From positions 60,312-124,311 of the forward strand of contig DPHC01000014.1 of the NCBI GenBank assembly GCA_003523055.1: a stretch of DNA of 64,000 nucleotides, written 5' to 3'. Positions within the stretch are counted from its first letter, which is position 1. The number at the start of each line of letters is the position of its first letter. This document shows, piece by piece, positions 18,768-28,825 of the stretch. A model generated the notes under the pieces. It saw only the letters and a program-made list of their open reading frames with translations. It ran no database searches and was not told the DNA's origin. The stretch is from Dehalococcoidia bacterium. GTDB taxonomy: Bacteria; Chloroflexota; Dehalococcoidia; Lucifugimonadales; UBA3495. Position numbers and translations under genes: made by a program.

Positions 18768-19381
18768 CATTGGTTAACGAAAACTCTATGGATGGCATGT
18801 CGATGTCTGAAAGATCTCTTCCAACAGATAAACAGGAAGGAATCCAAATTGAAAATCTTATAAATGATTCCGTTGCGCCTATTAAAACTGATGCAATTGA
18901 TGTTCCGGACGATTTAAAAAATAATCTTGTTGTTACATCAGTAGATGCTTTGCTTAATTGGGGTAGAAAATCTGCTCTTTGGCCAGTTTCTTTCGGCCTA
19001 GCATGCTGCGCCTTTGAAATGATGGCTACTGCCATGAGTAGATTTGATTTGTCTAGATTTGGTATGGAAGTATTTAGGGCATCACCAAGGCAAGCTGATT
19101 TGCTAATCATAGCAGGCACTGTTACATGGAAAATGGCGCCTGCTATTAAAAGGATATATGATCAAATGCCGGACCCGAAATGGGTGATTTCTATGGGTGT
19201 CTGTGCTACAAGCGGGGGGCCGTATTATGGATCTTACAGTGTTGTACCTGGAGTGGACCATATCATTCCTGTAGACGTTTACGTTCCAGGATGTCCTCCT
19301 CGCCCAGATGCTTTGCTATATGGAGTAATGGAATTACATGAAAAAATCAAGAAAACAAAAAATATTAAAAAGATAGATTAA
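18758..19381 (+). CDS. nuoB: NADH-quinone oxidoreductase subunit B
   Basis: 207 aa with the N2-cluster motifs [20 protein letters not shown] and PGCPPRP. There is an N-terminal extension of about 50 aa, so the true start may be an internal Met. Confidence 0.9.
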   Translation: MEITLVNENSMDGMSMSERSLPTDKQEGIQIENLINDSVAPIKTDAIDVPDDLKNNLVVTSVDALLNWGRKSALWPVSFGLACCAFEMMATAMSRFDLSRFGMEVFRASPRQADLLIIAGTVTWKMAPAIKRIYDQMPDPKWVISMGVCATSGGPYYGSYSVVPGVDHIIPVDVYVPGCPPRPDALLYGVMELHEKIKKTKNIKKID

Positions 19382-19824
19382 TGCCGATAATAGACTTACA
19401 TACAGATTTTGTAGCCGAACAATTAAGCTCAAAATTTCCAGAAGAACACTTTACTGCAGATAGTAATTGTGTTTGGGTTCCTTCAGCAATCATCGCTAAT
19501 GTGTGTTCATTTCTTAAAACTGAAAAGGATTTTAGAATTGACTATTTAAATTCTATTACAGCGGTAGATTTTATTGATCATTTCGCCATTGTGTACCATT
19601 TAAGTTCTATAGAAACTCAGAATAGAATCACACTGAAATGCCATTTGTATGGAAGAGATGATTTAAGCATAGATTCTGTTCTGAATATTTGGCAAGGAGC
19701 AGATTTTCAAGAACGAGAAATTTGGGACTTGATGGGCATTAAATTTAATGGTCGGCCCAACATGAAAAGACTATTACTATGGGAAGGATTTGAAGGCCAC
19801 CCACTTAGAAAGGATTTCTTGTAG
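19381..19824 (+). CDS. nuoC: NADH-quinone oxidoreductase subunit C
   Basis: 147 aa with FQEREIWDLMGIKFNGRP and LRKDF. This is a short form. Confidence 0.85.
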   Translation: MPIIDLHTDFVAEQLSSKFPEEHFTADSNCVWVPSAIIANVCSFLKTEKDFRIDYLNSITAVDFIDHFAIVYHLSSIETQNRITLKCHLYGRDDLSIDSVLNIWQGADFQEREIWDLMGIKFNGRPNMKRLLLWEGFEGHPLRKDFL

Positions 19825-19831
19825 GTTTATA

Positions 19832-20941
19832 ATGAATATTAAAACTGAACCAATGACAATAAATATAGGACCGCAACATCCAAGTACTCATGGAGTGTTT
19901 AGAATCAGGGTCAGCTTCGATGGAGAAGACATTGTTGAAGTAGAGCCTATTTTTGGTTATTTGCATCGAGGCACTGAAAAACTGGCAGAGGAAAGAAACT
20001 ATGTTCAAATAGTGACTTTAACTGATAGATTGGATTACACAGCCTCAATGACCAATAATCAAGCTTATTGCCTAGCAGTAGAAAAACTTTTAGGAGTTGA
20101 GGCTCCAATAAGAGCGAAATATCTAAGAACACTTACGGCCGAATTACAGCGAATTGCTAGCCATCTAATAGCAGTCGGATTTTTCTTACAAGAACTGGGA
20201 ACATTCGGAGGAACTCCATTGATGTACGCATTCAGATCAAGAGAACGTATTTTAGATATGTTTGAGATGTTGTGTGGTGCCCGTATCACTCTGAGTTATA
20301 TGCGTCCAGGAGGAGTTTTTTGGGATACTTCATCAGAATTTTGGGAAGCATTAAATTCATTTTTAGAGGATTTCCCTGATGAATTGTCGGAAATGGAAGA
20401 TCTTTTACTTAATAATGAAATCTTGATGGTTAGAACCAAAAACGTAAGCCCTCTCACCGCAGAAAAAGCTATTAATAGCTCATTGAGCGGACCAGTACTG
20501 AGAGCTAGCGGCGTAAAGATGGATCTTAGAGCCATTGACCCTTACGATGCTTATAACCTTGTAGAATTCGATGTGCCAGTTGGTGCCAATGGAGATAATT
20601 ACGATCGATTCTGGGTCAGAATGCAGGAAGTCAGACAGAGTCTTAGAATCATAGCGCAATGTAAAGATCAGATTGAACCCGGTCCATATCGCCTAGAATT
20701 GCCGAAAGTGATTAGGGCGGAAGATGGAGCAGAAGCTTATGCTACAGTCGAAGCACCTAAAGGTGAGTTAGGATTCTATTTGGTCAGTGATGGAAGCATA
20801 TCGCCTTATCGCATGAAGATCAGATCTCCTTCATTAATTAACTTAAGTGCTATTAATCAGATGTTAGTGGGATGGAAATTAGCGGATATGATAGTAACTT
20901 TAGGTAGTATTGATATAAACATGGGAGAAGTTGATAGATGA
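19832..20941 (+). CDS. nuoD: NADH-quinone oxidoreductase subunit D
   Basis: It begins MNIKTEPMTINIGPQHPSTHGVFR and ends with the DINMGEVDR motif. I moved the start to ATG 19832, just after the nuoC stop; the ORF-track start at 19790 overlaps nuoC. Confidence 0.9.
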   Translation: MNIKTEPMTINIGPQHPSTHGVFRIRVSFDGEDIVEVEPIFGYLHRGTEKLAEERNYVQIVTLTDRLDYTASMTNNQAYCLAVEKLLGVEAPIRAKYLRTLTAELQRIASHLIAVGFFLQELGTFGGTPLMYAFRSRERILDMFEMLCGARITLSYMRPGGVFWDTSSEFWEALNSFLEDFPDELSEMEDLLLNNEILMVRTKNVSPLTAEKAINSSLSGPVLRASGVKMDLRAIDPYDAYNLVEFDVPVGANGDNYDRFWVRMQEVRQSLRIIAQCKDQIEPGPYRLELPKVIRAEDGAEAYATVEAPKGELGFYLVSDGSISPYRMKIRSPSLINLSAINQMLVGWKLADMIVTLGSIDINMGEVDR

Positions 20942-22149
20942 ACTGCCAACTAGAAGGGTTTTATCAAACCAACTTCATCTATAGATCCCTTCACGACATC
21001 ATGTCTGGATTGGTTCCATGCAATCTGTCCATAATTTTGTCAGGGTTAATGTTTGCATTCTTACTAGTGAATCTACTTTTGGCTAGTACAGCAATAATGA
21101 CTTGGGGCGAAAGACGACTGCTTGGACGTTTCCAAACGAGGATCGGACCAAATAGATGGGGTCCTTTCGGACTACTACAACCTATTGCAGACCTAGTAAA
21201 ACTACTGTTCAAAGAAAATTTGATTCCAACTGGTGCAGATAAATTTCTGTTTATTATAGCTCCAATAATAATTATGGTGCCTGTAATAATGGTAATGGGA
21301 GTTATCCCGTTGGCACCAGGCGTTGCGATGGCTAACTTGAATATAGGGATACTATATATTTTGGCTATTACTTCAGTATCTTCTCTAGGTATATTCATTG
21401 CTGGCTGGGCATCTAACAATAGGTTCGCAATTTTTGGAGCCGTTAGAGGAGTAGCTGTGCTCATAAGCTATGAAGTACCTGTCGTGATTTCTCTGTTGGG
21501 AATTGTTGTTGTAACTGGTTCTATGTCATTGTTAGATATAGTTGAAGCTCAGGCATTGCCGTTCATAATGGTGCAACCCATGGCTTTGTTAGTATTTTTT
21601 ATAGGAAGTAGCGCAGAGATGAATCGCACTCCATTCGATATAGCTGAAGCTGAGTCAGAAATTATAGCCGGCTATCATATCGAATTTAGCGGAATAAAAT
21701 TTGCAGTGATCCAAGCCGCTGAATATGGAGCTATGATAGTAACTTCGATTATCATAGCTGTAGTGTTTTTGGGAGGCTGGTCAGGGCCTTTACCATTAAC
21801 GCTAGGGTGGTTATGGCTGATTATAAAAGTGTTGGTAGTGATTTTCGTGTTCACTTGGGTCAGGGCGACATTTCCAAGACTCAGAATTGATCAAATAATG
21901 GCTTTTTGTTGGAAAGGTCTGTTGCCAATGAGCTTGATAAATCTTTTTGCGGTAGTAATAGAAACATTTATATTGAAAGGATCTGAGAATTCTTTAAGTT
22001 TAATAGATTTATGGATCATGTGTGTTATCAACACAATCTTAGCAGTTATAACAGTGATAGTACTTAACAAGTTGGTGTCAACTAAAATTGATCCAGCTAT
22101 GTCCAAATCTCAGTCGTTTTCCTCACGAAAACTTTCCCTAAGAAACTAG
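20938..22149 (+). CDS. nuoH: NADH-quinone oxidoreductase subunit H
   Basis: 403 aa and polytopic, with the motifs ERRLLGRFQTRIGPNRWGPFGLLQPIAD and NRTPFDIAEAESEIIAGYHIEFSG. Confidence 0.9.
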   Translation: MNCQLEGFYQTNFIYRSLHDIMSGLVPCNLSIILSGLMFAFLLVNLLLASTAIMTWGERRLLGRFQTRIGPNRWGPFGLLQPIADLVKLLFKENLIPTGADKFLFIIAPIIIMVPVIMVMGVIPLAPGVAMANLNIGILYILAITSVSSLGIFIAGWASNNRFAIFGAVRGVAVLISYEVPVVISLLGIVVVTGSMSLLDIVEAQALPFIMVQPMALLVFFIGSSAEMNRTPFDIAEAESEIIAGYHIEFSGIKFAVIQAAEYGAMIVTSIIIAVVFLGGWSGPLPLTLGWLWLIIKVLVVIFVFTWVRATFPRLRIDQIMAFCWKGLLPMSLINLFAVVIETFILKGSENSLSLIDLWIMCVINTILAVITVIVLNKLVSTKIDPAMSKSQSFSSRKLSLRN

Positions 22150-22157
22150 GAGTAGAA

Positions 22158-22724
22158 ATGTACGGTATTGAAATGGTAAAAGGTTTAATGGTAACGTTGA
22201 AAAATTTTTCTAAAAAACCTGTGACTATACAATACCCGGAACAACGGATCGCTCAACATCCCAGATTCCGTGGTGAAGAATTTACTTGGTATGAAGAACG
22301 TTGCACCGGATGTGCTTCATGTGCGAAATATTGCCCATTGGGAATTATTGAAATAGTTACTGCTCCAAGCGACACTGCAGTCAAACAAGGTGATAAATAC
22401 CAATTGGAAAAATTTGATATAAGCATATCAAGGTGCATGTTTTGTGGCTTATGCGTTGAAGCGTGCCCATATGATGCTTTGTTTATGGGCAGTGGTTTTG
22501 AAGAGGGTAAATACACAAGAGATGATATGGTAATTACTATAGACCAATTGCGTAATTCCCCCAAAAACCCATCTACCTGGTACAGGCCACAATTGGAATC
22601 CAAAAACTATGACCCACGAAATGGCCAGCAATTAACATGGAAAGATGTAGGTAGAGAGGGATGGTCTTGGCATAAAGAAGAGAAGGCTGGCATGAGAATT
22701 AATAAGGAAAATAAGGTCAATTAG
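22158..22724 (+). CDS. nuoI: NADH-quinone oxidoreductase subunit I (2x[4Fe-4S])
   Basis: 188 aa with two ferredoxin motifs, CTGCASCAKYCP and CMFCGLCVEACP. Confidence 0.9.
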   Translation: MYGIEMVKGLMVTLKNFSKKPVTIQYPEQRIAQHPRFRGEEFTWYEERCTGCASCAKYCPLGIIEIVTAPSDTAVKQGDKYQLEKFDISISRCMFCGLCVEACPYDALFMGSGFEEGKYTRDDMVITIDQLRNSPKNPSTWYRPQLESKNYDPRNGQQLTWKDVGREGWSWHKEEKAGMRINKENKVN

Positions 22725-22731
22725 TAATTGC

Positions 22732-23274
22732 ATGATTGAGAATATTATTTTTGCGATTTTTGCATTTGGAGCTCTTCTGGGCGCTACAACTATGATAGCA
22801 CTGAAGGATTTGTTTAGATCTGCGCTGTGCCTTGTGGTAGTGTTCATATCTATAGCAGGAATATACGTTTTACTGAATGCGGAATTTTTAGCTGTCGTGC
22901 AGGTTCTTGTCTACGTTGGCGCGATTTCAATTCTGATAATATTTGCAGTGATGCTTTCTGAAGATGTTAAAACAGCCAATACGTCTAATAAGTTTCAAAT
23001 CCCCGCCATCATTCTATGTGGAGCCGTATTGGCTTTGTTGTTGATATCAATGGCTTCAACAGACTGGCATGTCATTTCATATATGAATGCTAGTATTGTA
23101 GAAACAGCTCAGATTGAATCATTGAATCCAGCATATAATGGAGACAATGTTAAATTTTCTCTGGCATCATTGTTACTTACCGAATATGTATTAGCATTTG
23201 AACTAGTCTCAGTTTTGTTATTGGCGTCTTTAATTGGGGCATTAACATTAATGAGAGGGAGAGATAAGCAATAA
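22732..23274 (+). CDS. nuoJ: NADH-quinone oxidoreductase subunit J
   Basis: 180 aa of hydrophobic sequence with the segment VVQVLVYVGAISILIIF, in the expected position in the operon. Confidence 0.85.
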   Translation: MIENIIFAIFAFGALLGATTMIALKDLFRSALCLVVVFISIAGIYVLLNAEFLAVVQVLVYVGAISILIIFAVMLSEDVKTANTSNKFQIPAIILCGAVLALLLISMASTDWHVISYMNASIVETAQIESLNPAYNGDNVKFSLASLLLTEYVLAFELVSVLLLASLIGALTLMRGRDKQ

Positions 23275-23600
23275 TGTCTTTGGAAACTGTTTTAGGATTA
23301 GCAGCTATATTGTTTGTTATTGGAATTTTTGGAGTGTTAACCAAAAAAAATATAATTGCTGTTTTTATGTCATTGGAACTAATGTTTAATTCAATAAACT
23401 TAACGTTTGTCGGCATAGGGCATTATATTATGCCTGCACGCATCGCTACTGAAATGGGATCTGTAATGACAGGGCAAATTTTCGCTATTTTTGTTATAAC
23501 CGTAGCAGCTGCCGAAATAGCTGTTGGATTGGGAATAGTATTTGCACTTTATAGAGTGAATGGCTCAATTGAACTTAAGACAGATATTGGAGCTAATTAG
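23274..23600 (+). CDS. nuoK: NADH-quinone oxidoreductase subunit K
   Basis: 108 aa with three TM helices and the motifs SLELMFNSINL and AAAEIAVGL. Confidence 0.85.
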   Translation: MSLETVLGLAAILFVIGIFGVLTKKNIIAVFMSLELMFNSINLTFVGIGHYIMPARIATEMGSVMTGQIFAIFVITVAAAEIAVGLGIVFALYRVNGSIELKTDIGAN

Positions 23601-23605
23601 TAATA

Positions 23606-23800
23606 ATGTGGATGGAATTTAAAAAAGCAAACAATTTGATATCAGCTGAAATTTGGAAAGAAGCAATTGAAGCCGAAGGATTACCGGTAAGAATTTTACC
23701 AGAGAAAGGATTGGCTGATTGGGCAGAAAATAATCCTTTTGTAATCTACATTCCTAAAGGGAAAGAACACGTAGCAGATGAAATTGTGAGGAAACTGTGA
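23606..23800 (+). CDS. Small soluble DUF2007-like protein (putative signal-transducing fold) embedded in the nuo operon
   Basis: 64 aa. The segment NNLISAEIWKEAIEAEGLPVRILPE resembles the DUF2007 N-terminal pattern (xxxEAxxxxxxLExxGIxxxV). It starts 5 nt after the nuoK stop, and its TGA overlaps the GTG start of nuoL. Confidence 0.45.
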   Translation: MWMEFKKANNLISAEIWKEAIEAEGLPVRILPEKGLADWAENNPFVIYIPKGKEHVADEIVRKL

Positions 23801-25797
23801 CGATGGGAGGCTTAAACATTTGGGGAATATTTCTTGCACCATTATTAAGTTTCTTTATTATAGCTTTAGTGATTAGACCTTTTGCTAAACGATATCAATG
23901 GATTAGTCCATACATATTGATATCCGCGCTAGGCGTGTCATTTATATTGTCAGTTAAATTGTTGGCAGACACTGTATTAGGTGATGGAGGCAACTATATA
24001 TCAACTTATACATGGTTGGTTATCAATGAATCGGCCATTATAGATATTGGAGCTTTTATAGACCCTTTGAGTTCTATTACCCTAGTTGTAGTTGTGTTAG
24101 TTAGTTTATTAGTACAAATATATTCAATCGGATATATGCATGGAGATAAAAGCTACAGCAGATATTTTTCATTCATGGCACTTTTTACCGCTTCCATGAT
24201 AGGCCTAGTTTTATCCTCTAATATAGTCCAACTATATGCTTTTTGGGAACTTGTGGGATTGTCCAGTTATTTATTAATAGGGTTTTGGAATGAGAGACCT
24301 GCGGCAGCGGCAGCAGCTAAAAAAGCATTTATAATAACTAGAATAGGCGATGTAGGGTTTTTAATAGCGATATTGCTATTAGTTAAATTTTCTTTCAATT
24401 CCTCTCCCAATATCAACGTCTTTCACATTCCAGACATATGTACCATTGGAACTCCAGGAGTCATCATTTCTGGAACCCTTATGACACTCATAACGTTGGG
24501 TATTGTTTCTGGAGCCATGGGTAAATCGGCTCAATTCCCTTTCCATACGTGGTTACCTGACGCAATGGAAGGACCAACCCCTGTAAGCGCTTTGGTTCAT
24601 TCTGCAACAATGGTGGCAGCAGGAGTGTTTTTATTAGGAAGATTATATCCATTTATTAGCAACTCACAGACCACAATGTTGGTAATCGCAGCAGTAGGGG
24701 CTTTTACAGCTGTATTTGCCGCTACTATGGGACTTGTTGTTAATGATATAAAGAGAGTTCTTGCGTACTCCAGCATAAGCCAACTAGGCTATATGGTTGC
24801 GGCGATAGGATTGGGAGGGTTTGCACCAGCTATATTCCATTTGATAACTCACGCATTTTTTAAAGCTTTGTTATTCTTGGGATCTGGAAGTGTTAATCAT
24901 GCTACCGGAACATTTGATATGAGGCAAATGGGTGGACTGAAGAAGGAAATGCCTTGGACGTATACTCTCATGGGCATAGGTTGTATAAGTTTAATAGGAT
25001 TGCCACCTTTATCAGGATTTTGGAGTAAAGATGAAATAATATTAACGGCTTGGGAAAAGATGCTCCATGGTTCAAGTTTTTACTTAATGATACTTATTGC
25101 TCTAGGTGCTGGCATTGTATTGACTGCTTTTTATACTTGGAGAATGTTTAATATGACGTTCCTTGGAGACAACAGAGCTGCACATGAAGAAAAAAGTAAT
25201 GATGGTCACGTTACACCTCAAATTCACGAATCTCCAGCAGTAATGGTGGCTCCAATGGTTGTGTTAGCTATTCCTGCTATTTTCATAGGATTCTTTGTGA
25301 ATCCTATGATTGATGTAATAATACCTGCCCACTGGCTAAATGAATTTCTAATGTCCAGTGTACTGTTTCACGGATCTGGGCATCATGCTCTTGAATTCAA
25401 TATATTTGTGGCTATAGGTTCGACTTGCCTAGGAATATTAGGAATCGTGACTGGAATTATGTATTCTAGGAAAACTAAAAATGTTAGCGTTGAACCGTTA
25501 GAAAAAATGGGTCTAGTGTATAAAATACTTAGTAATAAATATTATCTAGATACGCTTTATGAAGACGTTATTGTTAAGAATGTATTCCAAAAGAGATTGG
25601 TGAGCATAACAGCAATATTTGATAAATATATAGTTGATGGCATATCAGGTGTTATCGGATTTACGGTTAAGAATATGGGTTATGTTGCAGGGCTAGCCCA
25701 AAATGGGAACATACAGTTTTATACTTTTGTAATAACTTTAGGAGGAGTGACCGGGTTAATTATATTACTTGTGTACACTCCAGGATTGGGTGGTTAA
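23797..25797 (+). CDS. nuoL: NADH-quinone oxidoreductase subunit L
   Basis: 666 aa of the antiporter-like type (FWELVGLSSYLLIGFW, KSAQFPFHTWLPDAMEGPTPVSALVHSATMV). The start is GTG 23797 or ATG 23803. Confidence 0.9.
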   Translation: MTMGGLNIWGIFLAPLLSFFIIALVIRPFAKRYQWISPYILISALGVSFILSVKLLADTVLGDGGNYISTYTWLVINESAIIDIGAFIDPLSSITLVVVVLVSLLVQIYSIGYMHGDKSYSRYFSFMALFTASMIGLVLSSNIVQLYAFWELVGLSSYLLIGFWNERPAAAAAAKKAFIITRIGDVGFLIAILLLVKFSFNSSPNINVFHIPDICTIGTPGVIISGTLMTLITLGIVSGAMGKSAQFPFHTWLPDAMEGPTPVSALVHSATMVAAGVFLLGRLYPFISNSQTTMLVIAAVGAFTAVFAATMGLVVNDIKRVLAYSSISQLGYMVAAIGLGGFAPAIFHLITHAFFKALLFLGSGSVNHATGTFDMRQMGGLKKEMPWTYTLMGIGCISLIGLPPLSGFWSKDEIILTAWEKMLHGSSFYLMILIALGAGIVLTAFYTWRMFNMTFLGDNRAAHEEKSNDGHVTPQIHESPAVMVAPMVVLAIPAIFIGFFVNPMIDVIIPAHWLNEFLMSSVLFHGSGHHALEFNIFVAIGSTCLGILGIVTGIMYSRKTKNVSVEPLEKMGLVYKILSNKYYLDTLYEDVIVKNVFQKRLVSITAIFDKYIVDGISGVIGFTVKNMGYVAGLAQNGNIQFYTFVITLGGVTGLIILLVYTPGLGG

Positions 25798-27297
25798 ATG
25801 ATTGATTTCCCAGGACTATTGTCGTTAATAATTTGGTTACCTGTGATAGCTGCTATTTTATTATTTATTTTTCCTATTAAAGACCAGAATATTCGTTTGA
25901 TTGTCCTAGCCGTTACAGTGATAGATGCATTATTAGCATTAATGATTTTTGTGGGATTTGATAAACAAGCACCTTTCGGATCATTCCAGTGGACAGATAA
26001 ATTGATGTGGATAGACACTTCACTGTTACAGTCCCAATACTATGTCGGCGTTGATGGGTTAAGCGCCCCTATGGTGTTACTCACTTCTATTTTAGGAGTT
26101 TGCGCAGTGATTGCTTCTTGGAATATCAAAACTAGAGTGCGAGAATACTTTATATGGTTGCTAATACTCCAAACAGCGATATTGGGAGTTTTCACATCTT
26201 TGGATTTGCTATTGTTCTTTGTCTTTTGGGAACTTGAATTGATACCAATGTTCATGTTGATTTCGGGATGGGGTTCGGGTAGAAAAGACTACTCTTCAAT
26301 GAAATTCTTGATTTTTACTATATTGGGTGGAGCTTTTATTTTAATCGGCATTCTAATGACATTTTTTACTGCAGATCCCCACACTCTAGATATTACGTTG
26401 TTGTTGTCGAATGCAGGTGGCAATTTGATTCAACTAGGATTTTATGGAGCCTCGTTCGTATACCTGTGTTTCTTCTTAGGATTTGCCATTAAATTACCGG
26501 TGTGGCCTCTACACACTTGGCTTCCAGATGCCCACACTGACGCACCTACAGCTGCGAGTATTATATTGGCTGGTGTGATGTTGAAAATGGGAGGATATGG
26601 ACTAATACGAATCAATGTTAGTTTGTTTCCATTACAAACGGTAGCTTACTCATATGCTATTGTTTTACTCGGAGTAATAAGTGTATTGTACGGAGCCATC
26701 ATGACTCTAAAGCAAACTGATTTGAAAAGATTGATTGCATATTCTAGTGTTAGCCATATGGGACTAGTATTAATTGGCATAGGATCATTCTCCTCATCTG
26801 GATTGACTGGAGCAAGCATGCAATTATTCACCCATGGAACTATTACTGGGTTATTATTCCTATGCGTAGGAATAATATATGATAAATCTCATACGAGAAG
26901 TATTCCTGAATTAGGAGGGCTATTTGTTAAAATGCCTTTAGTTGCTGTTGCGTTTACTATTGGAGGATTAGCATCTTTAGGATTACCGGCCCTTAGTGGA
27001 TTTGTCGCTGAAATATTGGTATTTAGTGGAGCTTTTATAAGTTTCCCTGTAATGACTGTTCTATCTGTACTGGGCATTATTTTAGCTGCTGGATATATAT
27101 TGTGGATGATAGAAAGAATTTTGTTTGGTTCTATCAAACCAGCAGTTCAATACGTGTCTGATGCATCAATACTAGAAGCGGTTCCTATAGCTATTTTGGT
27201 GGTACTTATTGTAGGGTTAGGGATATTTCCAAGCTTATTAATCGATGTCTTGGATCAGGCTATATTACCTATTATAACTAATTTTGGAGGCAATTAA
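25798..27297 (+). CDS. nuoM: NADH-quinone oxidoreductase subunit M
   Basis: 499 aa with the motifs FWELELIPMF, KLPVWPLHTWLPDAHTDAPTAASIILAGVMLK and AYSSVSHMG. Confidence 0.9.
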   Translation: MIDFPGLLSLIIWLPVIAAILLFIFPIKDQNIRLIVLAVTVIDALLALMIFVGFDKQAPFGSFQWTDKLMWIDTSLLQSQYYVGVDGLSAPMVLLTSILGVCAVIASWNIKTRVREYFIWLLILQTAILGVFTSLDLLLFFVFWELELIPMFMLISGWGSGRKDYSSMKFLIFTILGGAFILIGILMTFFTADPHTLDITLLLSNAGGNLIQLGFYGASFVYLCFFLGFAIKLPVWPLHTWLPDAHTDAPTAASIILAGVMLKMGGYGLIRINVSLFPLQTVAYSYAIVLLGVISVLYGAIMTLKQTDLKRLIAYSSVSHMGLVLIGIGSFSSSGLTGASMQLFTHGTITGLLFLCVGIIYDKSHTRSIPELGGLFVKMPLVAVAFTIGGLASLGLPALSGFVAEILVFSGAFISFPVMTVLSVLGIILAAGYILWMIERILFGSIKPAVQYVSDASILEAVPIAILVVLIVGLGIFPSLLIDVLDQAILPIITNFGGN

Positions 27298-27300
27298 TCT

Positions 27301-28821
27301 ATGAATGGTTATGATATATTTTTAATTGCTCCTGGCTTATCAGTAGTATTAATAGGGTTTGTAATTCTTGTTACTGATCTGGTCTTGAAAAATGATCGCA
27401 TATTATGGAAAATCGCTTTGGCATTACTATCAATCCCGCTTCTTTTTTGTTTAATACAATTTCAAATGCTAGATGAACAAGGTACAGTCTATTTAGCTGG
27501 TTCCTCAGGAATTTTAGATGGAAAATTTAATGTTGATTTGTTTTCAATTTGTCTTCAAATCCTATTAATAATGGCCGTAGGTGCTACCATACTTATTTCA
27601 GCTGATTATGTTCAGAATCAATTGGGATTCTCAGGAGAATATTACACATTGATGCTGTTCTCTGCTGCTGGCATGATGACATTAGTGTGTGCTTCTGAGT
27701 TAATATTAATTTATATTGGATTAGAACTTACAAGTTTACCAATAGCATTGTTGATCGCTTTGAAACTAACACGATCATCCACTGCCGCTGCTTTAAAATT
27801 TCTTGTTATTAGCGCATTAAGTTCAGCTATAATGCTATATGGAATGGCTTTTTTGTTTGGGTTTACAGGCACTACAGTTATTCCGGAAATATCTCAATTG
27901 ATTATCCAAACTGGTCCCAATCTTAGCATTAATTCGAACACGATATTTATAGTGGCTGTAATTTTAATAATTGTCGGATTAGGATTCAAACTATCGATTG
28001 TTCCATTTCATTTGTGGATACCAGATGTTTATCAATCTGGGCCAACCCCCATTATTGGTTTTTTGTCCGTTGCGAGTAAAGCGGCAGCCTTCTCTTTGTT
28101 TTTAAGAATTGCTTACCAAGTATTCGGTGAAGTGGCTATAAATTGGACTTTATTGATTTCAATTCTTGCAGTCGCTTCAATGATTTTAGGTAATATTATG
28201 GCAATTATTCAATCTAACGTGAAGAGATTGATTGGCTTTAGCACTATCGCTCACGCCGGATATTTGTTGATTGGAGTTGCTTCTATAGTGTCTATTGACC
28301 AAGAAACTAATGTTCTAAGCCTTACTGTAATAGGTGGAGCTTCAGTGGTGTTTTACTTAATAGCCTACACATTTGCTAACTTAACTATGTTTGGAGCTGT
28401 TACAATTGTTGGATGCCATAATAAAACAGACGATTTGTCTGCATATAAAGATTTGTTTAGAAGAGCTCCACAAGTGGCTATTTTAATGGCTATTTCATTA
28501 ATAGCGTTAATAGGTATACCTCCTACTGGAATATTTATCTCAAAATTTTATGTTTTTACTGCTGCTATGGAATCCGGTTTAACGTGGTTGGTTATTATAG
28601 GAGTAGTTAACAGTGTAGTATCTGCCTACTATTATGTACGTATAATAAAAACAATTTTCTCTTCTGATGGAGAAGAAAGCGAAGACTCAAAAATTATAGT
28701 GCCGTTGCCTGCACTAGTATCAATGTATGTAAGTTCTGTTCTGACGATTACAATAGGAGTATTCCCGTCAGTATTAATTAATTTATTGGAAAAGGCGACA
28801 TCTATATTGTCTGGTATATGA
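27301..28821 (+). CDS. nuoN: NADH-quinone oxidoreductase subunit N
   Basis: 506 aa with the motifs LELTSLP, VPFHLWIPDVYQSGPTP and GFSTIAHAGY. Confidence 0.9.
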   Translation: MNGYDIFLIAPGLSVVLIGFVILVTDLVLKNDRILWKIALALLSIPLLFCLIQFQMLDEQGTVYLAGSSGILDGKFNVDLFSICLQILLIMAVGATILISADYVQNQLGFSGEYYTLMLFSAAGMMTLVCASELILIYIGLELTSLPIALLIALKLTRSSTAAALKFLVISALSSAIMLYGMAFLFGFTGTTVIPEISQLIIQTGPNLSINSNTIFIVAVILIIVGLGFKLSIVPFHLWIPDVYQSGPTPIIGFLSVASKAAAFSLFLRIAYQVFGEVAINWTLLISILAVASMILGNIMAIIQSNVKRLIGFSTIAHAGYLLIGVASIVSIDQETNVLSLTVIGGASVVFYLIAYTFANLTMFGAVTIVGCHNKTDDLSAYKDLFRRAPQVAILMAISLIALIGIPPTGIFISKFYVFTAAMESGLTWLVIIGVVNSVVSAYYYVRIIKTIFSSDGEESEDSKIIVPLPALVSMYVSSVLTITIGVFPSVLINLLEKATSILSGI

Positions 28822-28825
28822 GGGT

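Noticed and set aside
18655-19119. Long antisense or overlapping ORFs inside well-supported genes: 18655..19119, 20991..21464, 13652..14095, 60012..60428, 12184..12558, 15033..15380, 22253..22603 and the many 60-110 aa ones
   Set aside because: Each lies fully within, or largely overlaps, a gene on the other strand or frame that has clear family motifs. Their products are low-complexity (S/I/L/N-rich) with no recognisable motifs, as expected for chance open frames in AT-rich DNA.
19790-19831. N-terminally extended ORF-track starts (19790 nuoD, 30277 sdhA, 31968 sdhB, 40586 YyaL, 63087 speH, 52337 coaE)
   Set aside because: The extensions overlap the upstream gene or lack homology. Internal ATGs with SD-like sequences give N-termini matching the family consensus.
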